Shown: positions 24,701 through 37,538 of the stretch, piece after piece
Layout: the number at the start of each line of letters is the position of its first letter
How positions within the stretch are numbered: the stretch's first letter is position 1
NCBI RefSeq assembly: GCF_000143415.4
Contig: NW_003314333.1
Span: 434,001 to 498,000, forward strand
Length of the DNA: 64,000 bases
Source of the DNA: Selaginella moellendorffii
Taxonomy: Eukaryota; Plantae; Lycopodiophyta
Direction of reading: 5' to 3'
Notes under the pieces: generated by a model
Database searches by the model: none
What the model was told of the DNA's origin: nothing
The model's input: the letters and a program-made list of their open reading frames with translations, nothing else
Translations under genes and position numbers: made by a program

Positions 24701-27253
24701 TGGTTCGGGATGAACCAATGTTTTTCTTGTGTTTGAGAAGCCATGAGCTCAAAACCTACCCAGGCTCCTCCATTGGACCATGGCCCATGCCTTGGATTTC
24801 GTGCTCAGGTTGCATTGCCGTTTGTATGGAGGTTCCTCGCTTGGCCCAGTTTATGTTCCAGGTTCTTTGGCCCTTCCCTTACCATTACTACACCCCACAC
24901 ATTCCCCTCACTCATTCCATATCATCTACACTCACAGTTCCATCACCAATCACTTCTAGCAGCATTGCCCACACTTATCTCTAGATGCCCATCTTGCATC
25001 TTTCATTCTTTCACCATCATTCACATCTCTGCTTAAGGTCACATTTACACCATACTACAAACACACATACATGCACCAGCAGCAAAAGACACCACCTCAT
25101 TTGGACGTGCCATTTCCAAGATATCCTTACAACCATTTGCCAACGACGCACTAGCTTTTCTGGAGCAACTTTCTTCCAACTGGGTGAACCTGTTCACTCA
25201 AGGCACCTAGGTGGATCTATAGGCGAGGCCACATAAGCCGAAGCCACTTTCTTTTGCTCTAGCACTCAGTGGACACATGCCACCTCTCTTTACTGCAACC
25301 CAGCGACTATGCCGTCCTTTTCAGCTATTGTCTTCTTCAGTTCGACACATCAGACCATTGGCCTAACACTTTGAGAGATGGCCACCTTCTCGGCGCTCCA
25401 CTATATCACTCTACCTTATCGGTGCTAGAGCAGGCGCAGGAGTAGGAGCGAGAGCAGGTGGTTACCAATTACAAGTTATAGGTCCCCAGTTACTAGTTAC
25501 CAATTACCGGTTACCAATTACCGGCTACTCTGAGAGGTTAGCGCTTACTCTACGGGCCAACGGTTATCAATGGCCACCTTTTTAGAGTGCCACCACCATC
25601 TCGGTGCTCCACCATATCACTCTATCTTTCATCATTTCCACACTTACCATCCTTGGGCAATGCATCCCCTCTTCTATCCCTCTTTCTTTCTCAATTTCGG
25701 CCAATCCTTGGAGCATACCAGAAATCATCAAGAGGCTGCATTTGCATATTACACTTTCCTGAGCCAAAATCCAGGCACGGGTTAAGTTCTTTGGATACTC
25801 ACTCTTCTTTTCCCCTATTTTTCTCCTTTCTTTTCACACTTTTTCTGCACTTTTTCTTCAACTTCAGGGTCCAGTTTGACTATAGGGTTTCCCACCGGGT
25901 TTTCCTCCCTGTCACACCACATGAGACCACACGAGCCTTACAATTTTTCAGAGGCATTTGCCATAGATCCGACCGTTATTTTACTCCAAGATTTTACAGT
26001 TTGGTGTGCATTGACCTTTCCATCGACACTGAAAAGGGACATCACAATCAGATGCGGGATCACAAAAAGCTAACTTCACTAACTCTGGTTTCACCAAGAT
26101 CTACGTAAGGAGTTATGAAATGAAAGGACCCTCTCTATTGAAATGTGTTTATGGTCCTAGGGGCATTGTGACATATCAAAGGATTTTGCATCAAGTTCTG
26201 TATTTGCATGTTTATCAAGCTACTGAATTGCTAAACCCTAAACCCTAAACATGTGGCAAATGAAGAAAGATGCCCTTTCTGGGCAAATGCTGTAAGAGGC
26301 AGATGCCGAGCAGATGTATCTCAGGCTAGCGAAGGGGACAAACGAAAGCTAGCTATAAACATGACGGGATGCAAATAGATTACTAGGCTGGTCCTGCAAA
26401 AATCAAAAACCATAATTGAAAACATTGAAAATGCAAAAAGAAAGGTTTATAATATTTTTGAATTTTAAGCAACCAAAGGAATGTAAGTAGGGCATGTGTT
26501 TGTAAGTTTAAAAATGCCTCAACCACTTAAATTCCCAAGTAAATAAAGCTGTTTCTATTTTTGGTACAGGTAAACTTTATAGCGTGTGGGCTCATGCAAT
26601 TTTGAACCCAAAAATGCACCAAAAAATGCTCGACTAGCATTATTCTTTGAATGGCGTGTGGCCTTATATTGCCATAAATGGACGTACACACACAGCATAA
26701 TTATTCCTTTACACGGCGAATAATCTTGGCGCGGATCGCTAACATGGCATGGCAAAGTTCGAATCACTGACATGGCACAGCTGGATCGAGGCAAGGACAT
26801 GATGTGACAAAGTTCAACGTCCGACAGCAAAGTCTAGAAGCTACTCAGTTTGAAATTTTTCAGAGGAATCATAAGATCTGGTTTGTCAGAGGATTTGATG
26901 TGACGTTCAAGCGTGTGTTATTTTTGAATTCTCGAACTCATTCCTAGGTCTATCATTTTTGTGTGCCGTGTTCTTGGTTCCACTGAGCGCAGTGAGCGCT
27001 GCTTGTGTAAGCGGCGTTGTGAGCTGTGGTTTATGCGTCTACGAGCGGTTGCGGCATTGCAAGCGCCATTGCGAGCGGCAGTTTATGCGAGTGGCAGTTT
27101 GTGCGAGCGGCGCTACAAGCAGTTGCGGTGGTGCGAGCGACGCTACAGTACCACTAATGGTATGAGGGCTCATGCCATCTTGGGGCTTGCAAGTTCATCA
27201 CTAGCATATTGCCAATAGTTTCTTTACCTGCCTGTAGCTGTGTGTTTATCAAG

Positions 27254-27445
27254 ATGGCATGAGGCCTCATGCCATCTTTGGTCCCTACTAGCCTATTGCC
27301 ATATTCCTTTTGCCTTGCTGCAACTATATATATTTTTGTGTGGGTGACTAGTCACGCACACAAAAATATATACAGTTGCAGCAAGGCAAAAGGAATATAG
27401 CAATAGGCTAGTAGGGGCCAAAGATAGCGTGAGGCCTCATGCCAT
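27254..27445. repeat. ~190-bp near-perfect palindrome upstream of the Sola-like transposase
   Basis: Centred on GTGACTAGTCAC (~27343-27354). Arms CTTTGG…CCTACTAGCCTATTGCCATATTCCTTTTGCCTTGCTGCAAC and GTTGCAGCAAGGCAAAAGGAATATAGCAATAGGCTAGTAGG…CCAAAG. Capped at both ends by GAGGCCTCATGCCAT motifs. Confidence 0.93.
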
Positions 27446-27524
27446 TAGTAGTCATGGGAAAGGAAAGTACACCTTCCTAAAGCGCAGCCAAAGGGATCTG
27501 AGCAACGAACCGAAAAGGCAGAAA

Positions 27525-29873
27525 ATGGCGATGGAGGTTCGAATGGTCTCGACAATTGCTTGTTGCAAGAGGAGGTGCTGTCAACATGCTGATTGGGATG
27601 CTATTGAAGAGGAGAGAGCAAGATACAAGACATTGTCCTGGAAGGTAGCTCGCAATTTTGTGTATGAGGCATTACGGTCATCTGTTGATGCTTCAGAACA
27701 TCAGGTGGGGGGCATGGTCTTCCAGAGGGGTTTGGTCTGCATGAAGGCATGGAGAATCATTTATAGAGTCCCTCGAACCACATTCTACAGAATCAAAACT
27801 GAGTTCGAGGAACAAAGGGTTCAATAGGCAGTCCATGGGAACGACGGTACTCACAAAACCAGGGGTCATGTTGTATATGGAGAGGCAATCTTCAAGAGGT
27901 TTGTCGAGACATGTAGCGAGCAGCAACCACATAAAACCCGCCTCTTGGAAGATGGAACACGAGACACCCAACGAGTTCTCCCTTCCATGTATACCAAGGG
28001 GGCCATATTGGAAGATGTGAATCGGGAACTCCAGAGTAATGGCTACAGGAAGCTGAGCCAATCTAGATTTAGTAGATTGTGGAGCAACAGGTTCAGGGAT
28101 GTGAGTATAGGAAAGTACTCTAGCTTTTCAAAGTGTGACGAGTGCACTGCTATCAAAATGGCTTTGTCGAAGAATTCTTGCATCGCTCAAGAGCGAGAGA
28201 TGTTGGTTAGAAGGCAGCTCGACCACAACATCGAGCAGAGAAGCTGCAGGACTACATATTATCATAACAGGATTCTCTCCATGGAGAGACCTGACTCTTA
28301 CCTCTGCATCATCTACGACAAAATGGACCAGAAAAAGACGTGCTTACCTCGACTCAATCCTACCCCCAAGGCAATCTCTTCATCCATGCAGCTGCCTATG
28401 TCTCTGTTTGGCATAATCGCTCATGGGCATGGTGCCCAGAACTATGGGAACTTCTTTGTACCTCTATGGGGTGGCGGGGGTGCAAACATGATGATTGCGT
28501 CCCTAGCAAAACACTTAAGGTCTCTGCAAAGTGTGCAGACTGAGCTGAACGGCCAACCCTTGCATAAGGCCCTTGTCGATCGAACCCCATACAGGGTTCA
28601 GCTGGAGGAGGAGCAAAGGCTTGCAGTATCGCGTGGGGCCCCATGCCATCCCAGTGAATATGTTGGCCGTCAGATTGTAGGGTTATCACGTGAGGCCTCA
28701 TGCCATTCCGACGAGGCTGATCGCCCGGTGAATGCACAGCCTCATCCAAACGAAGCAGAATCTCAAAGAAGTTCTTGTGGCCGATGTGGCCTTCCACCCC
28801 ATCTTCTGCTCCAAACAGACAATGCTGGCAGTGAGAACAAAAACATGTACGTCTTCGCGTACTTGGCGATGCTTGTTGCCAAAGGCATATTTGAAATGGT
28901 TACACTTGGCTTTCTCATGGTTGGGCACACTCATGAAGACATCGATGCCATGTTCAGTCACCTGGCAGAGTCCCTCCGGCGATCCAATGTCCTCACCCTC
29001 CCACAACTCTACGATGAATTCCAAAATTGTATCAAAGGCACTGTTGAAGCTACACTTGTGACAGAGGTTCCAGACTTTAAGGGGTTTGTAAGAGGCTACA
29101 TCAGGGACGGATCCGAAACGCTGATTGGCCACTCCAAGCCTCTTCAGTTTCATTTCAGCATGCGTGACGGTGCTCCAGTGATGAGGTACAAGATGAGAGA
29201 ATGGGACACAGTGTGGCTGCCAGTGGACGGCATTGAACTCTTCAAGAGAGATCCCATAACTGGGGAACCTATGATTCCTCAGGGTTCCCCACGGCCGATG
29301 CACCCGGATGGACTCAAAGACCAAGAAAGTATAGTGGCCGGGATTAGACAGCATATTGCCTTCTGGAAGAGGGGGTTGGTGTTTGGTGGAGAATCCTATT
29401 TTCAGAGGTGCAAGCCTTTGCTCAAATACTGGGAGAAGATTATATCTACTATCCAAAATGGGCCGGTTGTATATGAAGAATTGGAAGAGTCCTTTTGGCC
29501 AAAACCCAGAGCACCAGATAGTAGTGGAACAATGTCCTCTGGAAATGCAGTGACAGATAACGATGTTGAGGATCACTATTGTGGGCCGAGGAACAAGAAG
29601 CCGGATTCAGCATTCAATCCAGTACAGGTCTGCAAAGGAATGGTCGTGCTTGTCAGACCCAGTAATAAAAAACAAATGATATGGGTGGGGCACTACATCA
29701 CTGATGTAGAGGAGGACGCGGAAACTAACTCCTTCAATGTAACTGTGGAGTGGTTCAAGCCAAGTTCCGGATATATGAAGGATTGCCTAGAAAAGAGATG
29801 GGTGCTGAATCCAAGGGATCCCAGCATGAGCATATCGGTGGATAATGTTGTGCATGGTTGGATGTGGAAGTAG
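27525..29873 (+). pseudogene. Sola-like (DDD) transposase with nonsense mutations
   Basis: One frame from ATG 27525 with TAG at 27825 and 29871 (each plausibly CAG>TAG). Motifs FSKCDEC, IIYDKMDQ, LLQTDNAGSENKN and FLMVGHTHEDIDAMF resemble Sola1-type transposases. Confidence 0.75.
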
Positions 29874-31585
29874 AGTGCCACCATCACCTTGCCAGACCAT
29901 GCAAGAGATGCAGCAAGAGCATTCATAACCCGGGTTCAAGGTGAGATTCATTAATATTCCTTTACTAAGTTTCTAATGTATTTTATTTCAAAGTGAACAA
30001 TCCGAATCTGAATCAGAGGAGGCGTGATGGCATGTGGCCTTACGCCATTCCTAGGTGAGATGATACAAATAACAAGTATAAATTTTTAGTTGTTCTAGCA
30101 AATCTTACTTAAAGTTCAAGGTGAACAAGCCGAATATGAATTCATTGGATTGTTATAACAAATTGCGAGGTGATGGCATGAGGCGATACGCCATTTGAGA
30201 GTGGTAGCCATTCCTATATGAGGTGAGTGAAATATTTACTAGAAATACCTCATTCAATTGTGCACTTCTAAGTCTTGGTCCACTCAGTACTGTTTGCATG
30301 TTTCTATTTTAATTCTTTCTCTAAAATGTTATTTAACATGTGGCTTCATGCCATTGCTCTCCACAATCATGCATTGAATTTTTCTATCCTTGCATAATAC
30401 TTCTCCATATATATAGCATGTGCGCACATGTGATATGGTTTATTAGGCTTGATATAGTGTGTGAGGTAAAACAAAGATGATTTGACATATGCATTTACCA
30501 ATCACACGTGCATAAATCTAATAATATGGCATGTGGCCCATATTAATGGCACATAAACACATATTGTGGGCTTACATGCTTTATGTACCATCATTCCCTT
30601 GCAGCGTGTGTGTTGGTTTCCTTTTATAACACAACAAAATCCATATTTTAGGGTGAAGAGCGTTCTCATGGCAAGCACAAAATCTGTAAGTGAGGCAGAA
30701 AAGGAGACGGAGAAGGAGATAGGTGAAGATGTAGAATATATAAGTCTTCCAAAATCCCCATACTATACTCCAGGTGATCATTTTTCTGAACAAATGGCAA
30801 CATTAATAACTATCGAGAACACCCCAGTAACGTCAGAGACAACAATCCAAAGCAAAACAACTGACCCGGAGAAGGATGATAGTACCGCTGAGAGTACCAA
30901 AAAGGAGGTGTCCACTAGCGCTTAGGCTTATAATGGCGTGTGCCCTCATGCCATTTACTTGATCACCAAATACCTTTTTCCCTTTGCACTAGTATATCTT
31001 AATACCGGTCTAAGAAATAGAATGGCATGTGCCCTCAGGCCTTTTACTAAATCACCTTTGAAAGAAATGCAAGCCTCTATATCGTAAAAAAAAGGTACTA
31101 GAGAAATTCCTTAATAATATGAATGTTATTTAGTTTCATGAAAATACACTAAGGGTCAAATGAGTTAAATGACTTCTCCAGACTAGCAATGCCTCTTGCT
31201 ACACCTTCACAATTAGATTTGTTAGAAAAAGATAACATTGAATAATATCTAAATGTTCTCACCATTAAGTTATATGTCTGGTTAATAGGAATGACGTTCA
31301 TCTTGGAAAGCTCACCACACGCTCAATGAACAAACAAATAGTGTGTGTGCGCATGCCATCGCTCTTCTTTAGCTTCAGATTCGGCTTGTTCACCTTGACA
31401 ATGAGATTTATTATACAACCAGATGGACTCAATCTGGACACAAAGTCACCGCGCTAGTCACCATGCCTTAGATATGTCTAGCCCCTGGACAAAAAACATA
31501 TAATTTCATGTCATTTTCAAATACTTGAAAATTTGTACCTAGTCCTATTTTACTGAATAAATCCCACTTTAACGAAATAGAGCTT

Positions 31586-31778
31586 TAGAGAGTCATTTGC
31601 GACATCTACTAGCCCTCCAAGGGAAGCTCAGAAGTAGCTTTGTTAAGATCCTTATTGACACGGGTGCTTCGGATAATTTTGTGGCTGCAGACATAGTCCG
31701 GCAAGCCGAACTAACGGTGCAGCGGCTAGGCGAACCAAAGACTATAGAGTTTGTTCAAGGTAGCCAAAGCACCAATGA
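31586..31778 (+). pseudogene. Ty3/gypsy aspartic protease fragment
   Basis: VKILIDTGASDNFV. Bounded on the left by the Sola-like terminus and on the right by the probable end of the second MULE. Confidence 0.8.
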
Positions 31779-32321
31779 GGGGTACGGACCATACTTGAGC
31801 TCACGAGTTGAAGAGTTGAGCTCACGAGTTGAGCTCAATTTTTAATTGTAATTTAGTACAAACATTATAAATTTTAAAATTTTAAGGTTATGGTGAACCT
31901 AATAATTTAATAACTCTCTATATATTATATAGATAAAAATGTTCTAAAGAACACTTTTTGTTCTAATAATTTAAATATTTACTACATGCAATGATAGGGA
32001 CATTTGTTAGAACATAAAATAAAATGTTTGCAAAAGGAGTATTCTTGTCACTTCTTTAAATTTGTACTCTATACTTTCTGGCTAGTAAATGTTAGGTTTG
32101 TTAGAATTAAAAAATTATTAAATTTGAAATAAGATTCTATGTAAAGCCATATAACCGTTTGAAAGGAAAAAAAATAACCGTTAATGTAAGCTTATTACAT
32201 ATAAAAGAAAGACTTGGTTCTTTGTAGAATACATTCTTGAGGGGTTTGTCGTAGCATACTATCTAGAATTTATAAATCTTCATTCACACTCTCATTCGAA
32301 AAAAGGGAAATACACCCACAA

Positions 32322-32774
32322 ATGTTTATGGGTTCTAGTGCTGGTAATTTTAACTCTCACAATCTTTCTTTCCAGGGTTCAAGGGCTAGGGGATGCAATA
32401 ACTATTCCACTGCACAGCATAACCAAATCACACAAGAGAATGAAAGAGAGGATAATGAGGATAGTGATCATGAGTTGGAGATAAATGCAATGATAAAGGG
32501 TGCAACAAATTGGGTGAAAAAGAATGCCCTCTTACTTGTTTTAGAAAAGTGCAATTCTGCCACTTTCAAGAAGTGCCTTGTATGTTTTCTAGCGTCTGGT
32601 GGAAACAATGGCAATGATCAGTATGATGGTATATATGCTCTTGCGACACATTGCAACATCATGCACCCGAAAGACTACCATGAAATCTTTTTTGAGATGG
32701 TAAAGACAGAAATGGAGACACACGAGTACTATGGGCAGTATTGCGAGAAGAACACTCGGAAGCATATAAAATGA
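32322..32774 (+). CDS. Hypothetical 150-aa ORF inside the second MULE, convergent with the transposase
   Basis: ATG-initiated open frame embedded in very AT-rich DNA; no recognised motif. Confidence 0.3.
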   Translation: MFMGSSAGNFNSHNLSFQGSRARGCNNYSTAQHNQITQENEREDNEDSDHELEINAMIKGATNWVKKNALLLVLEKCNSATFKKCLVCFLASGGNNGNDQYDGIYALATHCNIMHPKDYHEIFFEMVKTEMETHEYYGQYCEKNTRKHIK

Positions 32775-32886
32775 AAAGTGAAATGAAAAAGCACATTTTT
32801 ATTAATTATATAAAGTATAATAAGTTTTATTGATAGAGAATAAACATCGATACTGTTGAAGAAATCTAATTAGCTCCAAAAGTTTT

Positions 32887-35800
32887 CTACAACTCAGCAA
32901 TAGTAAGGCTTGCTTGGTGTATATGAATATCCACTTTAGGATCCTGGTGCAAGATGTTGATGAAGATGTAGTACATATGCTTGCAAGGAGCATATGCCTT
33001 CTCATGTTCCTCGCACTTCGTAAAGTCTGGACATGTGCAAGAAGGAAAGTCGTGAATGGCAATTGTGTACTCTCCACCTTCTGTTTTGACTGTGTACTCC
33101 TTTGCAAGCGCAGTGATGTACTTCGTGGAGAGAATCTCACACTCAAGTGTTTGAGCCAAGTTTATTTTACCTTGCTTCTGCTTGGAGACGGTACCAATAA
33201 ATTTAACTACCTTACCTTTTCGTGCTGGCCTCCTGTGCATCTCTGTAGGAATAGTCCTGCTCCTGTCACTCATGTTTCCAACTCTCCTCTTAAGATTAAA
33301 ACCAGATTTCTCAAGGTTTTCAATCTCATCCGAGGTGAGCACGACCCCATTAGCAACCGGCCATTCTTTAGGTACTGCATCAGGTTTAGTCACTATAGTG
33401 TCTTCAAGCCGCTTCGTATAGTTGGCATCGGTGTTGCAACAATATAGCCAGCACCATCTTGAAAATCTTGCTTGCTTTCGTTCCCCATAGAAACATGGGG
33501 CTGGAACAGAAGCAAAATTTTCACCACGAATCCAGGCCCAACACTTGCCCCTCAGAAGCATCCCCACACACCTTACATTTGATTTTGCTGGCATGCGTCG
33601 GATTGCCCATTGCTTCAGCTCCACGCTACGGTAAGCAATTTCAACCTGTTGCGATGCACTCTCTTCATCAGCCACTTGAGGTGGCTCGGTCCGAGAGCAG
33701 TGTCTTGGAGCAGAATGGTACTCAACATCAAGCCTGTGAGAGCTTTTTGCTCCAAGGTTCGTACCAACATCTTCCCCAGCAAAGGAAAAACGACGCTTTG
33801 AGCGGACAGTCTTCATATCACCAATAGAAGCTCAGGGAGTGTACTCTATAGATGTGCCACGGACCACTTCCTTAACTGCAGTTGCCACTGTTCGGGCGGG
33901 TGGAGTTAATTTTCTCTTCATCCTATCATGTAACATCTCAACAGAAGGCCCTGTTCCCATGTATCTTCCTTCCTTGAATGCCAGTGCTTTTGAAGATTGC
34001 TCTATAGCACGTATCAAATCTGATAGACAGGCTTCGTATAGACTCATTTTCCCTTTCCCTGCAGAGGAACGCCAACTCCAATGCTTGCTTTCGGAGAGAT
34101 TCACGGTTGAGGTGTATGCGAGGTCCTCAAGTGGTTGATCCTAATGGAAAAGGCAATATTAAAAGGTAATAAAAGGAGAAAAAAAAATATAAACCAACCT
34201 AAAAAGAGTGATGTCCCCATTGGAACATCCTAACTTCCCACCATCCTAACCATGACTCAAGTTGTGGTAGGCAACTTATGTCTGAATGGCCATCTTCACG
34301 CCACCACATTCAGATCTTGTTTGCTTTTGCCTCATGCTCTTCTTCAGAAGGTGCAACTTGCCATTGTTTGCACAACTCCTTAAATATTGATTGAAACTAT
34401 GGCTTGATAAGGTGGCAGTGCTGGTTTAGGCTTTGAGCCCAATGGAACTCACAAGTCCTCTCACAACCTTCCAATGGTTGACCATTCCCAAAAACTACTC
34501 GGATACCATTCCAGTTTGCACCAGCCCCATCTGCCATGAAACCACGAAAGTTTGCAGGCTTACCAGTCCACTTTAGGACAATATCAGAGAGGGACTTCCA
34601 AAATATTTCTTATGCTGTCTGGTCTTGTACTTTAAACTTTGCTGTCGCAATTGTTAAGTTACAACGTAGCCTATGAAAGCATAAATATTATAACAATTTC
34701 AATATAATGAGAATAAAAATTACCTTGGATCATACACATGAGCTCCCATGGTTGTCCAACCGGATACACGCTCCATATGGTCAAAATGTACCCATGCATT
34801 TGCAAGGTCACTGGACCCAAACATGTCCATTTGGGAGACAAGATCTACGCCAGAGGTAGGGCCCATGGTAGACATTTTGAAGACGAAGGGGCGCTCTTGC
34901 TCATTCACAACTTAGTCTGGAAACAAACTTCCATGGATGAACTTGTATGGACAGGTCCGTTTCAATTCAAGGATGGAGTCAATTTTTGATTGCAACTTCC
35001 CCTCTCGAGATTCACACATCCAAGATTTTATCCTAAACAATATAATGTAAGAAAAAATTATTATTATAATGTATGAAAAATAACGGATGTACCTCCTTAG
35101 GCTAGTAACAAGTTGTACTCCTTGTAGTAAGTCCCGCAAGCTAGCCTCGTTTAGTTGAGTCTTTTGGCAACCTGGATTGAGTAAGGTATTTGCGATAAAA
35201 TCCTTGAGGACGGTCTTCTGAACATGCTTCGGAGTTGCAGATGAGTTTCTCATAGTCTCTTCCTGTATAGCATATTTGAAACAGTTGAGAGAACTCCTTT
35301 GTATCCCTTCCTGCATTGGATACATACGTGTGCCAACATGCACTGCAGCTCTTCCAGCCACTCCATCTCGTGGAAGAAAGTAGTACATCTTGGCCTCGTA
35401 AATAGCATGACATAGAGGAGCATTTTTGCAGAATCGACATTTGAATCCAACAGCAATGGTGTCACAGGCTGGAGGATTGACTGCAGACCCTTCGAAAAAT
35501 AGAGTTTCTAGAGCGGTCTCGATTGCATGCTTCATCCACACAATCTAAATGCCCGCTACAATGAACTATAGACACTGTGCCTTCAAAATGTTGGAGATGT
35601 GTGGTCTTGATCTTGCACCAATTGTGGACATCCTGCTTGGTTTCCATCCCCTTCCATTTGGAACCTGTGCTGCTGACAAAAGGTGGTAGCTCGAAAAAAA
35701 TGTTGCCATTGTAGGAGGATGGAAGCTCACTCATAAGCCTATACAAAAACAAGTGCACGTCAATTGAGAGGTGTGAAAACTGGAAAGCATTGCTAACGGC

Positions 35801-36220
35801 TTTGAATATTGCTGAAGTTGGAGTTGGAGTTGGAGCTGGAGCTGGTGAATTTGGCGCCGACACTAGCATGATATCTCCACTTGAACTAGAAGAGGACAAA
35901 AGGATAACGACTAACTCTTGCTTCACATTCACTTTCGCTAGAGCGCATTTTGGCATTTTGACTGGAGATCTGAACACTCGAATCTCCTTCAACTTGGAAT
36001 TTTGTAAATCCCATTGTTGTCCACCCTCGCCCACACTAGAAAGAAAAAACTCCGAGTATGCAACTATACCAGTGTCGTTGCGGATCACAGCCTCTAAAGA
36101 AATAGAGCCAAGACGAAGATCAAAACGCCGACATAAAAAACTTTCAGAAACAATACTCTGAGAGAATGAAAGAGGTGGGTGATCTCGAAAATGAAGAAGA
36201 AACCTCTCCATCCTTCTCAA
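32887..36220 (-). pseudogene. MULE transposase gene (GCM-like domain, DDE, SWIM), paralogous to 13718-24600
   Basis: Collinear motifs ELPSSYNGNIFFELPP, HNWCKIKTT, SIVHCSGHLDC, WVHFDHMERV, NLSESKHWSW and CTCPDF…PCKHMYY. Introns at equivalent positions; frameshifts and stops. Confidence 0.88.
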
Positions 36221-37104
36221 TAGGTTTTGGAGTTCTCTCTCTTTATGCTACTTGTAAAAATCTATAGTGAAACATAATTGAAATTTAAATAGAGTAATAA
36301 GAAGACAATGTACAAAATGAATTTAAATTCTATAGCAAATTTAACATGTGTAAGTGTGACAGTATTAATATTACTGTCATCTATTATGATGTCTAATGCA
36401 TGTATACACATAGATCCAAGGAAAGATTTTCAGCACGTGAAGTTTGATAGTTAATAATGATACCAATAATGACATTCTGCTATAACGTGTCAAACCAAGA
36501 GATCCAATCTAACTATCAGCACGTGTGATATGTCAAGTTGTCAAATTTTAAGTGGTAGATGATAATAAATCTTGTCAAATCTTATTCTTCAATGACAGAT
36601 TTGATTTGTAGTACAACTCAAGTTTTATCCATAATTGTGAACACTACTCAATGACATTTAAAGCACGTGCCTATTGTTTAGGATCTAATACAACGCAAAA
36701 TAAATTTCTGGATGAGGATTCATCCATTCATAGATGGATATAGTACAACATATTTTAATGTGCCTTATTTATACTCTTTGAAGTTCTTGTAACGATTCCA
36801 AAATATGTACAAAATATTGATGAGAATGCATCCTTTCTAGATAATTTGTAAAATATAATATCATATCTCTAATAACAGAAATGTTGATAGGTGCTAGTTA
36901 TACCATCATTAAAATATACAAAATAAAGAAGCATAATTTACATATAATAATAATGATAAGATAAAATAAGATCAAAGATATTGTGATGGTTGAGATTTAG
37001 GTTATTCGGAATGAACGGCCAGGATTAGAGATTGGTTAGGGTTAGGGCAGCCGTCAGGATTAGGGTTAGGGTAGCCGCCAAGATTAGGTTACTGTTCACA
37101 TTGT

Positions 37105-37393
37105 GAGTGGAGCGCGCAAGAGATCGAGAGATTGAGCGCGAAGGAGATCGAGAGATTGAGCGTGAAGGAGATCGAGCGATTGAGCGAGCGAGAGATCGAG
37201 AGATTGCATGAGCGGGAGAGATTGAGCGCGTGAGCGGGAGAGTTTGAGCGTGCGAGCGGGAGAGATTGAGCACGCGAGCGGGAGAGATTGAGCACGTGAG
37301 CGGGAGAGATTGAGCACGCGAGCAGGAGAGTTCCAGAGAGATTGAGTGCGTGAGCAGGAGAGATTGAGTGCACGAGCGGGAGAGATTGAGCGC
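37105..37393. repeat. ~22-bp minisatellite (GAGCGGGAGAGATTGAGCACGC-like)
   Basis: Directly visible tandem degenerate units, preceded by short TTAGGG runs at ~37035-37070. Confidence 0.9.
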
Positions 37394-37538
37394 ACAAGAA
37401 ATCTAGCACAATCAAGAAATCGAGGGAGGAAAGATGCCACCAAGGGTAAGTTTTGATTTGATTGCTTCCACTTCCATTTTTTGAGTCCATTTCTTCCATT
37501 CCATTGCTTCCCTTTTTTTTTCGTGATTGCTTCTTTGC

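Larger units (their letters stand above)
8111..24767. mobile_element. Mutator-like (MULE) DNA transposon carrying a ParB-like/DNA methyltransferase gene; interrupted by an LTR element
   Basis: Direct repeat CTCCATTG(G) at 8103-8110/8111 and 24768-24775/24776 (8-9 bp TSD). Imperfect ~22-bp TIRs: left GGGGTTGGGTAATTTTTGAGCT, right reverse complement GAGCCTGGGTAGGTTTTGAGCT. Encloses a MULE transposase gene. About 9.0 kb after removing the nested 7.6-kb LTR element. Confidence 0.88.
26600..31585 (+). mobile_element. Sola-like DNA transposon; right terminus at 31585, left terminus not found
   Basis: Contains a DDD transposase gene. The reverse complement of 31541-31585 matches the first 45 nt of the MITE at 44641. 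Dispersed ATGGCATGAGGCCTCATGCCAT-type palindromes occur from ~26650 to ~31040. The left boundary is approximate. Confidence 0.7.

Noticed and set aside
37030-37075. Interstitial telomere
   Set aside because: Only a few TTAGGG units, not the plant TTTAGGG array.
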